The notes beneath the pieces were generated by a model, which did not search any database, was not told the origin of the DNA, and saw only the letters and a program-made list of their open reading frames with translations. A stretch of 64,000 nt of DNA from Aplysia californica (taxonomy: Eukaryota), in assembly GCF_000002075.1 (NCBI RefSeq), contig NW_004797961.1:169017-233016 (forward strand). The letters are read 5' to 3'. Each line of letters opens with the position of its first letter. The stretch's first letter is position 1. Positions 1 through 13,500 of this stretch are shown here, piece after piece. The position numbers and the translations under genes are program-made.

Positions 1-3000
1 ATGATTGACAAAAGTAGTTTCGAAGGTGGAAGACATTGATCTATCCTCTCAACAAATCTCCAAGCCAGTAGAAAGTGTTTCGTAAAAGATAAGAAACGTA
101 TAAACTCCATCCGAATTTGCATACAGCAGACCTCTAGAAGGCTATATATCTGTGTGTTTGAAAACTTTGCATCCGATTACTCCAAGGTGGATTTTTTTTT
201 TTTTAAATTGTTTTTTAAGAAAGTGAAATGAGCAAGTAAATACTTAGATACTCTTGTGAAATGAATCAAATGATGATTACTGGTTGGATAAAACGTCCCC
301 TTTCGCTTGTAATTTATAATATTATTTCCTTCAGCGGTGTTTCGAAATTGACACAAAAGATCGAGGCGAAGCACACCATTCGTTTTTGCAACTATGAGGA
401 ATTGAGCGGGGACACAATTACGGCAGTCAGCATTTGACGGCAAACGGTTGTTGTGTTGTTTTTATGTGTGAACTTTACACTGGAAGGTTGACGGGATTTA
501 CAATTCTACGTTGTTGGGGATCATGATAAATTGTGAAAACATCTGTCTCCTTCATACAGAATGCAGAAGCGTATTATGTTGATGTAGAAACGAGAATACT
601 TTATTTGAAGTTATGGTTGTTTCCAAAAAAGAGATGAAGCTTTATTTTTTCAACAATATTTTGTACTTGCTTTCTTGCAAATTGTTTGCTCTCATTCACT
701 CCTTTCCACCTTGCGCCTGGGTTTTGCTTTTGTTTTGTATTTGTTTTTTGGGTTGTTGTTTTTTTTTCTTGTTCAGTATGGATTGGTTGTTATGGCGGAA
801 AAAATATTTCTAAAATCAAGTTATGATAATTAGGACATTCATTTTCAAAGACATTTTTGGGGTGTTTATTTCAAGACGTTGATTTAAATTTCCCTGCTTG
901 TGCAGATTAACTTTTGTTTTAGTCTAGTGGTATCCAGACTACTGTAGGAGAATATAAATGCAGACTTTTATGGGTAAGTTTAAGATTTGTGAAATCTACT
1001 TCTGGTTAATAATGGAATAATGTCCAACACTGTGGAGAATTAAAACAGCCCAGCATCTATGGAGGGGTCTAGTGAAATCAGGCATTCTTCTCTCTAAAGT
1101 ATTGCGTATGGACTCGTTTCAAGTTGTAGTGCGTAGTAGCATTAGATACACTTTTCTTTTCCTCTATCGTTAGATATTTGGTTTCAACTTGAGAGTGAAG
1201 TTGTTGCTCGATTGTAGATGAATAAATTCCATTTTGTTATACAAAGGCATTGAAAAAATTATATGCATCAATATAATATACTTGGTTTTTATAACAATTA
1301 TACTCCAGTTTATTAAATTAATGTTTTTTCGCCCCCCCACTCAAATTCCAACGATGAATGTTTTTCTTTATGATGGCGTGTTTTAATTAAGCTTTGCTCT
1401 ATTGGATTGACAGTGTGGACGAATGTTGTGTTGGGTTTCTGTTGTTGTAGTTGTTGTTGAGACTTTGCCTCCACTCCACGCGTCGAGGGAGTCTGCGGGG
1501 CGACAAAGTGGCGTTGGGTCTCAACTGTTTGCATTGCCTGGTTCGTTGCCGTGTATCAAAAGTTGTCATGTGAGAAGCGACGAGTATGACGACAGAAGAG
1601 CTTTGTTATGATGATTAGCCTGCTCAAGAGTAGATTTCTATCTCTACCTCACCCCCCCACCTCAGCTTGAGCTTCATTTTGTCATTCCCTCCTTCATCCT
1701 TTTATTATGATTATAATTATTATTACTATAACAATTACTACTATTACAATAATTATTATTCTTTTTGAAAGGAAAAATCAGTATGTGTGTAGGTTCTTGT
1801 CCACAGCCCTTCTTTTGTTGAAAAAAGCCCTTATATGCAAAGTGAAGTGATACGTTATTCTATTTTAATTTTTCGTTTGCAAGCAATATGTAACATGAAG
1901 TAATATTTATGTACTTAAAAAAAAAAAATTTTTGTCAGCGCACTTCGTTGTTTCGTCTAAAGTTGAATGAAGGAAAGATGTATTTTTTGCAGGTTTCTGC
2001 AAAACTTATCGTGTTTCATGAATTTTCTTTTTTTTTTTTTTTGGTGGATTTTTTTTTCCTTTCAATTTTTAAAAGAAATGAGTGTTTTACAGACATTATT
2101 ATTATTATTATTATTATTATTATAATTGTACATAAAATGCTTACTTGGTAATGACTATATTCAGTATGCTATATGCTAGGAATACATGATGTTTCTGTGT
2201 CTAGCGGGGCGGGGTGTGTGCTCCTGCGTGTTTGTTGCTGGGGGCCTGCTCTCCTCCCCCGCGGCGCGACCAGCACGGACACCTTCATTTGTTCATGCAA
2301 TATGTGTACATGTAGTCTCTCCTCTCGAGATCTCGAGAACAGTGTCGGGTGACTTTTGTTGTGGAAATTTCTCTCGTGGAGAAAACTTACACATTGGTCT
2401 TTGTGACATGTATTTTTACAACAATGCGTTTCTTCCCACCCCTCCCCTCCTCCTCATTGTCCTCATCCCCCCCCCCCCCCCTCCTTCACTCACTCCTTGG
2501 ACAACTGTCCTCACTCCCAACCTCCTATTTGATTTCTCAAAGTTCAGTGTGCAAGCTTTTGCTACGAACGTGTACATATACTGGTCTGCTGTTATTTGAA
2601 TGCAATTTGATGTTGTTTCATGTGGTTTTGACTTTTTAGTTTATTTCTTTCTTTTCTCTTTTTTTTTCTTTTTTTTTTTTTTTTTGAAAATGTACATTGC
2701 ATTACATCAGGGGTTTTAGTGGTTGTATATTGACGTTTATCTTCATATTTTTTTGTTTGTATGTTTTTGTTTTGTTTGTTCTTTTCTTCTTTTTTTTTTT
2801 TTTTGGTCATATTTGATTGAAATTCCATTTTACATTATACAAAATGTATCTTTTGAACAATGCAGCATGATGATTGCTAAACAAAGATAAAAAAAACGAT
2901 CTGGTATGTAAATAGCTTTCCTCCTTTTGTCGTATTGTATTGCATTCTGACTGGATTTTAGTTTTCCGTTTGGAAGCTATGTGCCCACCACCAATGATGT

Positions 3001-6000
3001 CAGCTTTTGTTTTTCTCTGTAGGGTTTGTTGTACAAGAAACTTGTAATGTAACCATTGACAAAATATGTTCTCGTGACCTCTCCATGCTTAGGGTTTGTG
3101 AAGTTGTCCGTCTATAATTCATGCTAAAACTGATGATACGTGCACTTTTTATGATTTTTGAACTTACATTCTTCAGTTGTCATCTCTAGTACTGATCAAT
3201 AGATTGTAAAACCATAAGATAATATACACCAATATTCATCATTGTATTACGTTGAATGCTTGTGATTTATGTGATTTGTTTTACACGTAGTACCATCTGT
3301 GTGTGATCCATTCTGATCAGTGTATCCATGAATATTGACAGCTGTGGAAATTAGGGAGGGGGGGGAGCGGTGCGAAACCAACGGAATACTATTTAAAAAA
3401 TTTTTTTTTTTAGCATCATGTTCAGTCACTGTTAAGGTATCTTTTTTTTTTTAACACGATCTGTCTGCACAAAGTGAAGTCTCCGGCCTGCCTTGAGATC
3501 TAGACTACCGCAGCCTGCCACGTTGCCCTCGGTGTTTTCTATAAATAAACGAACATCTTAATTGTCTGCTCGTGTACCGGTATAAGAAGACAATGTTGTT
3601 GTTGTTGTTGTCGCTGAATTTGTTGTTTCTTGCGCAATGAGAGATCAGCAGATACTGCCGCATGAAAGATGGGTACATTTCTACTTTTTGTAGTGTGAGA
3701 ACAAGGGTCCCCCTCCCACCTCGTCGTCGTCCTCCTCCTCCTCCTCCTCTCACGCAGAGTAAAGACAGTAACATTTTTACCACATTCTCTCTCATTGCTT
3801 GGATTTTCAGGGCTGGCATTACTACTACTACTACTACTAGTGAAACGAAGCAGGGTCATGCCTTCAGCATTATTCTTCTCATCATGTGTAATAATACTTT
3901 CTGTAGATTTTTTAACATGCACAAACATGTTTGTTTGCATATCATCGTTGCCCTGCTAAAAGGTTCAATATTACATACATGCTAAATGGTTAGTCAAAAT
4001 GGATGCAGTGATCAGAACATGGCGCAGGGAGTGTGAAGTCGGTCCTCCTCTCTCTTCTCCCCCCCCCCCCCAATGTTTACTTTTAGTTCTAGACCTGCCG
4101 TTTGTCTTTAGTTCCGTGTGCGTTTGTTTGTGCGTAAATGATTGAATGAGGCAGCAGAAAAAAATCTACTACGTGTTCTACTTAACAAACCACTTTGATT
4201 GAACTAACCAGAATGATTATATAAATGATGAGAAACCTTTGTGCGCGCTCCCGAGTCGTGGCGTTTTCGGGTGAGAAGAATCAGGGAGCAACTGAATAAG
4301 CGGGATGCTTGCGTTGCAATTAAAACTAACAAATTTATTATGATCCCCCCTCCGTTCCCTCCTTTATTGGAGCTCAGGGTAGTTGACAATCTGTAGCGTC
4401 CCCACGTCATGTTTTCCCCTCTCCCTCCTTCCCTCCCTCCTCCAGGGAAGTGGCATGCTGGTTCCAAAGATTAAAATGTCCTAAATCGGTCCCTGTGGTT
4501 TTATGTGCAAAAATAAACAGGAAATTCTGCAAACTGAGCCCAAAAATGTGAAATTATGCAATTCTGTTAATTTTAACAAAGAATGATAAAGGAAAATAAT
4601 AAGAAATTATGAACAAAAATAATCAATTTTGGTTAAATTATGCGGGGTGCATAAGACCCCGGGGACAGCTAAATACACGAGCAATGTTTTCTGTTTGTGG
4701 AAATGAAGATAAAAGCCAAAGGTCAGGCGGTTTGTAGAGTGCTCGTGTTGATTGTTAATTTTATAGTTTTGTCAAGTACGGTAGAGCTTTCCTCAGAAGT
4801 TATCATGTTTATTTTTAACCCCCAGTAAAATACATTTGATCAGAATAAACGTTTTGGTCCAGAAGGAGAGATAGGTATCAGTTTGGACCGTTATAATCAC
4901 TATATATTTCTCAGCTTGCATAAGCCATGGCATTGGGTCTTTTCTAGTCGTGTTGGATATTTTATGAAGAGCCATCTGTCCCTTCCCATTCTTTGGAACG
5001 TTGAAACTGAAAAAAAAAAACAACCCTTGTCTCCTGAATTTCTGAAAAGAAATATATTTGTAACGAATCAGGTGTAGTTTATCAGTAAACTGGAACCACT
5101 GAGCATCACTAACAACAGCAAAGGGGGGAAAGTATGTCGAAGGACTCTTTAACAAATATCATGTCTTTTCAATTTTTTGGGGATTTCTGCGGTGTCTGGC
5201 TTACTTCTCACAAAAATATATGCAATTTTATTTTTCTGTGTTGGTTTTTTTTAAAAATCTCTAATGATATCCTTTCTAACCGCTCTTCTTAATAAGACTA
5301 TTGTTGTATTTTGTTTATAACCACAAAGATAAAACTTTACATATTACCTCACCAATATAAAGATAAGAATTTGTTGGGTTTTTTTCTCTCAGTGGAAAGT
5401 ATGTCCTAGTATCAAAAGCTGACGAGTGTGAGCCGTCAGTAGAAGAAGGATATGAAATACCTAGTGCTGCCATGCAGAACTTTGAAAAAGAAACTTATTT
5501 TTTTTAACCATGGTGTCAAAATTTTTTGGTTTAATTGGTCTGTCGTGTAAAATATTACAAGATTTAAAGTTAAATGTTTAAAGCAAGTTGAAGCAGAAGA
5601 GATGATCTAAATATAATTAAGCTGCTGCTAGTTAATGTTTGAGATAAGAATGAAGATGTGCTTGCTAGTCCTGTCTGGTCCTGCTGACAAGTTCCATTCC
5701 GAAACCCCCCCTGCTGTTGAGAAGTCTTCGCTCTCTCTGTGTATTTGTTGGTGACTGACTACAAGAAATTGTTTTGATATGAAGTGGTTAGGTTAGTCCA
5801 GTAGGCCACCTTGAAAACAAAAGTAAAAGTTTCATACGATAAATACATGTCGTGTGAGAGGTGGTAAAATAGGCAGGCTCAAGTTTTTAGAATTAAATTT
5901 GAAGGTAGTTGTTCCAAAACTGGTGTGTTTTACTTGGTAACACGAAAAATTAGAGACAAATTTTTCCTCAGAAAGGTTGTATTACTCCAGACCACTTTTT

Positions 6001-7025
6001 TTTTCCTTCTATTTATTGTTACTGTTGTAAAAATGTGTCGGGTGAAACTCTATCTGCAAGTCCTTGTGTATTGTGAGGGCAGTTTTCCCCTGATCCTCTG
6101 AGAATGACCTTATTGTGACCTTATTGAACTTTGGAAAAAAACACCTGACATTATTGATTGCTGTTAGTTGAAAGTTTCAGTAGGGCTCATTCATAAGCTG
6201 GTTTCTGTGAAACTGGTTTTTATTAATTTGAATTTAAAAATTTTTTTTTTTTTAACTTGAACGGTTGTTTAACAGCAGTACACTTCTGTCCCTTCCTTCC
6301 TTCCTTCCTTGCGGTTGCTTCCTGCTCATGCACCAATAATATTTTTTTTGTTGTGTTGTTTTTTTTAAAATTTGGGTTCACGTCTTCCATCGAAAGAAAT
6401 ATTGTTATTAGAGAGCGCGTGAAACTGGTTCCAATTTTTAACCGTTCAGTTTGGTGTCGAAGTCGAAGCATCTTTGGTTGTGGGTAGTTTTTCTTTGTTT
6501 TTTTCCCCCCCGCAGTGGTACAGCTACATTTTAAAAAAAATTGTTTTTAAAGTCTGGATGCTGTCTGGCTCGACTCTGACTGAAACATGAAATGGAGGGG
6601 AGTCAACACATGATGTATTTGTTCTCATCTCAAGTGGGGGGGGGGGGCTTTTGTTTTCGAATCTGACGTGCAGTTGGACACTTTGACAGTTTAGGGAACT
6701 TGCTTTCTGTGGTTTGTTTTGTTTTGTTTTTTTCTGGGATGCTCACCAGAGTTTGAAGTTTGGAAGGTGGGAAGGCTTTTATTAAATAGTTTTCTAATAT
6801 ATTTTTTTTAAAGCATTGAAAAATCATGTCTCTGATTAACGAGTAGGTGCCAACTGTGCTGAGTGAAAAAAAAACCAAAACTTGCTGTGGAACTGAAGAA
6901 TGAAGATGGAGTGGCAATAGTTGGGTGGGTCATGCTTTGTTTGTCCTTCCAACTAGAGCCAATACTTTACAAACTAAATTGTGTACTAGCGAGCACAGAC
7001 ACATGCACACGGGCGCACACACACA

Positions 7026-7059
<34 letters not shown>

Positions 7060-7600
7060 GAGCTTGAGCCTAGCTGATACTACGGTTGATTTCAATAACT
7101 ATGAAAGATATGTTGTCCCAACGCACGGCCAAAGACCATGAAAACCATCCTCCTCTTTATATATAAAATATATATATATATTTCATTTCATATGGTATAT
7201 TTTTCTGTTTTGGGTGGTAGGTGAAATCAGCACAAATGTCGTCCCTCCCTTCATCAGCTTTAGCAAAGTCTCGTCGTAAACATTATTCTGGTTTGACCTT
7301 TTGACCTCCCCCACGGTATCCATACCTAGTATTCTCAATGTGTTTTGTGTCGGGGGTAACAGCGATCTTGCATGCTGACTGTCATGCTTGTGTATGAAGA
7401 AGAAGAAGAAGACCACTGTTTGACCACAATATTCAGGCGAGGAGTATGTTCCAGTATCAAGTCTCTACCATTTGAATCATCAGTGTTTTGCAAACATACA
7501 TATTCTCATTTCATTTCATTGAAACTACCAGTACTTATTTCATTTTGATGACAAATGAATGTTGTGGAAAAAAAATAAATGTAAATATTAGAATCCATCT
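1..7600 (+). other. Probable long 3' UTR of an upstream + strand gene
   Basis: No credible ORF or exon; U-rich on +; nearly TE-free; AATAAA at 7574-7579 followed by a GU-rich tract; TE density rises right after. Confidence 0.5.
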
Positions 7601-7635
7601 TGTGTCTGTGTTGCTCGAGTTTCTGTTTTGTGCAT
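7574..7635 (+). terminator. Polyadenylation signal plus GU-rich downstream element
   Basis: AATAAA 7574-7579; tgtgtctgtgttg...tttctgttttgtg 7601-7633. Confidence 0.5.
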
Positions 7636-9503
7636 GTACATTAACTTATTGAAGTGAAAGTATATTCTGTTGGCCTGCACTGTGGGTGTTGTGAGTGTCA
7701 AACGTGCAGATGGTTGGAGTGTGCCATTGGTAGATCCTACTTCTTAACTTTTCCCTCTTTTGTTTCTGTCTGTCCGTCTGTCTGTCTTACTTTTTCCCAG
7801 CATTAGTATTACTGTGAGTGGTTTGCTTCTTCTTTTCTATCAAACATCTATCGTTTTTGTCTCCCCTCCTTCTTTTTTGTGTAACACCTCTAATCTTCGG
7901 CACTTATATGACCTTATAATGTTGCAAGTGTCGGAAAACACTAAAACTTTTTAAAAATTAGTGTTACTATTAGATGACCATTATTGTGTCTATGTGTTTC
8001 TCTCTACTCTCTTTAGGCCTGTCCCAAAGGGGGGATGTTAACATTTTCTTATGCACAGTAGAATTGTAAATGGGCTGGTTTATCAATGTCATGCTCGTAG
8101 TGTGCCGGAACCACATGGGGGATCTGCTACTTTTTCTTTCCTCATCCTTTTTATCGTCATTTTCCCTCTACTTCTTTTGTATGTTTGTCACTTTCTTGTG
8201 AACTGTTATTTCCGGGGTGCCTTGATAGTTGAAGCAGACTTTGTGCTGTAGAGGCTAGAGAGGTGAGCAGAGTAAGCCAGATTCCCTGTTTGGACTTCTC
8301 TGTTGACACTCACCCCTTGGCGCTCATATATGACCTTATGCAGTTTGAGGGAAGTAAAACTTTACTAAAACAAAATCTCTCTACTCAGACCAGTGTCGAA
8401 TCTAAACACCATATTTCATATTGATGGTGTCGTTGTGCTCCTGTGTGGTTTGCTCCTTCTTTCCCATCAAACATATATCATCTTTAAAAATCTCACCTCC
8501 TTTTCTTTGTACATTACAGAATACTCTCTAGGAACACCTCTAATCTGTCCTCAGAGAAAGTTGCATTTGAAAATAGCAAAAGTTGCAAGAAGAATTAAGC
8601 AAAAGTTGCAAGAAAAGTTGCAACACGTGAAAGCTAAGACAATGCCATGGAACTATTGGAATACATTGTTGCAATGCTCAGTGCAATCAAAAGTAACCTA
8701 TCTAGGAGTTTTGTTAGATCAAAATCAGAAGTTAAATGTGAAAGTCTACCAACAACAAAAAAACTGCATGGAGGTTGCATGGTGTACAAAAACAGTTTGT
8801 CCTCTGAGGACAGTCTAATCTTCCATCCACACTAACAACTTTTGTGACACAATTGTGTTGGAAACACCTAAACAACCCAAGAATTACAAGAATGCCGCTT
8901 TGGGGACTCGAACCAAAGCCTCAGCTCCATTATCCGGCATGTTACCAACTGAGCAACAAAAGGTTACTGAAACAAACCAACCGTAAAACTGTATTCAGTG
9001 TTGAAAATATTTTATTCCAATAAGACTCAATTTAGGTCATTTAAAAGGCAGATATCTGTTTGCAAAAATTGGTACCTTGCAACTGGTACAGAAAAAACAC
9101 TTGTGAAAGAAATGGATAAGTACCAACCTGTCCCTGTGGTTTTATGTACCCCTCATAATTTAGCTAAATTTGATCTTTTTTTGGGTATAATTTCAGATTA
9201 TTTTCCTTTACCACTCTTTGTTAAAATCAACAGAATCGCATAATTTCACATTTTTGGGCTCAGTTTGCATAATTTCAGAATTTTTTTGGCATAAAACTGG
9301 GGGGGGGGGACAGACCAACAGACCCCATGTCCACCTTGATTTGTTACAAATACAACACTCAGTCACTTATGGTGTTTCAAGAAAACTGACATCATCATCA
9401 TCATCATCATCAAGTGTTTGAGTTCGCTTAGCAAAATATTAACAATTACAACTTCTGTTCCAGCTGCACATGTTTGATCTGAAAACAGTGGTAGGCCTAT
9501 TAA

Positions 9504-10244
9504 CTCACTGAAGACTGAGGTCTTGCGAGGCACACAACCCCTGAAGACTGAGGTTTTTGGGGGTATTTTAAAAAATCATAACTTTTCTCAGAATTGTTCA
9601 ATTGTTCTGACTTTTTCACATAAGTAAGAGACATTTGTGTTCTTTCAAATAAAACAAAATTGAATGCTGTATCTTTTATACTTTAATTCAGAAAAATGAA
9701 TTTGTGAAAAGCACATGAATTTTGGTTCTCCTGAGAATTTTTTATAGAGCTTTACCCTTCCCTTTACTCACACCAAATCTACTTTCACTAAGTTACACTT
9801 TTACTAACAGAAATAATTATCACTGTCAGGGCTTTTACACCTCTCAGGCACAAAATCTGAATTATTAGGATCGGTAATTTCACTTTCTGACAAACTAGAC
9901 TCATTGAAAACATTAAAAATGTTGCTAGGTATGCTGCGTACATGTACTCTCAAAGTCTGGATCGGGGCAGCCATTTTCCCTAGAATTGACGTTTGTAATA
10001 TCCTGAGAGACATCCCCTAAAAGTTTGTACTTTAAAAAAGTTCAACCCGTACTTCCGCGAAACTTCGCATGAAACGAAAGAAATGGATGCACTAGCGCTG
10101 ACGACGATTCCCGAGGCGCTTTCACGATTACGAAAAATGCAAAATAATTATAAAGCTTTTCCCCTGGGGGTCGCTGGATCCGGTGTCAGAGTCAGAGGGT
10201 AATCGGCCAGTCCCGAGAAGGTCTCAGGATACGGCGTCAGTGAG
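9504..10244. mobile_element. piggyBac-type non-autonomous DNA transposon downstream of the MEI1 stop
   Basis: TTAA-CTCACTGA...TCAGTGAG-TAAA termini with subterminal repeats. Confidence 0.6.
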
Positions 10245-10435
10245 TAAATGTGACTGTCATACCAGTACCAGTAGACTAGGTGGAAGGCTTTCCCAGACCT
10301 CAAACAAACTTCAAAAATTCAATCCCAAAAACAGTCAAATGAAGAGTTCAGTTTAATTTCAGAATCACAAACTGTGACAAACAAATCTTCTCGGTCTTCC
10401 CCTTCCACTTTTTCCAGGCATTACCATTTTCCCCA

Positions 10436-10522
10436 TCACTGGAGCAGGTCTCTGAACCTCAGTAGATGGTTTTCAGCTGCACTCAACAGTTCTTTGTCTG
10501 CAGAAACTGACGCATTCTTCAG
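10436..10522 (-). CDS. MEI1: MEI1 E30 terminal coding exon (LKNASVS...DLLQ*)
   Basis: Polypyrimidine tract and CAG acceptor; 28 codons plus TGA at 10436-10438. Confidence 0.8.
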   Translation of the reverse strand: MKNASVSADKELLSAAENHLLRFRDLLQ

Positions 10523-13500
10523 CTGAGGATTTTAAAATGGAAAAAATAGTGATAACAAAAATCTCAAGCTTTGAGCTCATATGTGTGCATCATGGTAAAA
10601 TCAGTCGCTCATCAAAATAGTGAAATTGAAGAAACCGGCATTTTTCCACCTGTCGGCAATCAATCTTTCTCGGGTTTTTTTAGGGGGCTCAACACCTTTT
10701 TAGTCCACTTAAATCACATTTCTTTGGTGATTTTACGGAGAAATGTTAATCAAAGGCACAAAAATTGTAAATTTTCTGTTTCCAAGGACACTCAAGGTTG
10801 GTGGTTTGCGGGTGCTGTGGTGCGGTTTGTTTCTTTTTTGCAATCAAACATCTATCGTCTTTATCTCCCCTCTTTCTTTTTTGTATTTGTCACTCTCTTG
10901 TAACACCTCAAATCTTCGGCACCTATATGACTTTATTGTGTTGCAAGTGCCGTGAAACGCTTACTAAAACTAAAAGGACACTCAAGCTTGGGAAACCACC
11001 AATCTTTCATGACCATTTTCTCGCTAATTTTACCTCTGACATCAGGCGACCCCCACCTCCTTCAGTTTCAAATACCTTTACTTCTATTCAAGACAGATTA
11101 TCTTTTTTCCATCGATAGCAAAATGAATGAACAAGCTTTAAAGATGACACCAAAAACTCGATATGCCCAAAATTGACAAGCATCTGCTTCCAGCATGTCG
11201 TGACTAGTGACGGGCGGGAAATGCTTTTTTCTTCCCGAGCGAGAAGACCGAGAAGCTGACCTACTTCTCACCGGGACCGGTACCTGTCCCGAGAAGTGCT
11301 TCTCGTCTCGTGACCAATTTCTCTTCTCGCGCCCTTAGACGGGCAGCTCGCTCAGCAGCCGAGATTTCTCTTCTCGTGCCCGGTGGCCGAGATTTGTCTT
11401 CTCGCACCCAAAGACGAGTAGCTCGCCTAGCGAGAAGGCCGGCCATGGCCGGGATCTAAACTAGGCTAGCCCTGTTGCGCAAGCGCAGGCGGTGAAGGAA
11501 GGTATGGAGATCTAAGCCTAGGCCTGATCAACTCCCCACTCGCCTCGTCTCGCCACCCTCGCCCCTCCCTTTCAGTTTCAGACGCAGAACGGCACGGTGA
11601 TGGGTGACACTGTCTGTGTGTCATTTCTCTCTGGCTGTGCCGCTCTTTCCATCAACACCTATCACTCTCTCACTCTCGTTACTCGTTATGTAAAGCCAAC
11701 GAGTGGTATCACTTCTCGGTACCAGCCAGTAGTTTAGTGGCCGGGAAGTGACGGCAAGGGCATTTCTCGCGAGAAACTGGAACTCTTCTCGGCTCGAGCC
11801 CGCTCCTAGTCGTGACACATAAAATATATTAATTACAATAGCTGAGAGCACTCAAGTTTTAAAAGGCTTCTTGTTCTAACAATACTTCAAAATTTATATT
11901 TTTTTAGAATTTGTTCTTTATTTCCTTTTATGTCAGGATGAAAGGCAGGGACATCAGAAAAAGAAAAGGTAAATTTAGACAACACTGAGGTTTGTTTGAA
12001 CCTTGAACTTAAGGCTGTTGTTGAATTCTGTAACAACAACAACAAACCAGCTCGTTTGCAAAAAGTCTGAAGAGTGATTTTTTTGCAAATACAGCCAACG
12101 AGACAAACTAATACTTTTTATTTCAAAAGATATAGATCTAGATCTATATTATAGTTATATCACCAGGCTTTGGATGCAATTTTTGGGGGCATCATTTCAG
12201 TCACGTCTCCTGTAAATGCTAGAAAAATCAAACTACATACCACATTTGCCTCCATGGTCTTGAAGTAGGACCAAAAGTAGCCTTACAAAGGGAGCTTAAA
12301 ATGAAAATTACAAAAAAAAATTCACAATAAATTTTAGTAGAAGATAGTGAAGAAACCAACGATGCCACAGGGATTTTGGGAAAATAACTGAAAATTTACA
12401 TGAATGAGAAAAATGAAGAAAATGACACGATCAAAGTTACGGGGTTTGAAATATATGTCACGAGTGGGCTAGACCAAGACCATGAGATCATCAACGCCGA
12501 GACATGAAAGTGCTATCCTGGCTAACTAGTAACAAGCTTAACTGAAAATCAGTGCTGACAGTAGGAACATACAGCCTCTGGAAACGAAGGGGTTAATAGA
12601 TTTTATACAAATGACATAGGGTTAAATAGAACGCAGAGATACTGAAAACTGTTAATTAGTATCCGTGAAAATAACAAGAAAAAAAAAGCATTCCTGCTAA
12701 ACATAATTAATTTGTCAAGGTATCAAAATAACGTCATGAATGAAATGCCACAAAACTTAATTACAATGTACCTGTTCGACAAACCATTCAGCTTTGGGAA
12801 ACATTTCTTCACTTAGTTCAGACTTCAAAAGAGCAGTCAAATAATTGTCGGCAGTTGCCTTGGTCCTAAATAGTTCCATTCCATTCATAAGTAACTGAAA
12901 TTTAAAAAATAAAACATGTAGTTAGATATACTCAATATATCTGTGTCAAGAAGGAGTCTGTACGATTTATCTTTCTTTTGGCAAAAATTCCTCTTAATCT
13001 GTTCACTGCTGTGTAGACGTATATAATCGCTTGTGTTCTCCTAAACTGGTTCGGGGGCTCTCGTGGCCTAGAGGTTAAGGTGTTGGCCTCTCATTCAAAG
13101 GTCCCGGTTTTGAATCTGGATAGCGACCAAAAAATTTTCTTCTCTAAAATTGTCTCCTTTCACCTCCTTTCCTGCTCTCTAGCAATGTTCTGTTGTCTGC
13201 TTTCATTTCCACTTTCTGCCCCCACCCCCTCACCTCCTTTGCCCCCTCCTCTGGGCTCCTGACTCTTTCTGCAGCCTTTCTACTGTTACTCCTTGGCTCC
13301 TCCTTACTGCTGTCTTTCTGCCACACCCCTGATCTTCTGATAGGAAAGATCTACACCTAGCCTTCTTGGACAAGGGCGAAAAATCTTGGACGGCCCGTGT
13401 GCAAGTTGCGCACGTTAAAGATCCCTTGATGGTCTAAAATCGATAAGAGTAGGCTTCGGCCGCCACCCGGGCAAAATTCAAAATTTCCTACCAACTGAAA

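Noticed and set aside
177-7416. Many 60-140 aa ORFs in the first 7.5 kb
   Set aside because: Low-complexity translations of homopolymers and microsatellites; no splice-consistent model.
12164-12209. AG/GT-bounded segment as a MEI1 exon
   Set aside because: Immediate stop in the required phase 0; 10436-10522 fits better as the terminal exon.
13053-13128. tRNA-like heads (also 55432, 48558, 49355, 32905)
   Set aside because: They continue into repeated SINE bodies; not tRNA genes.
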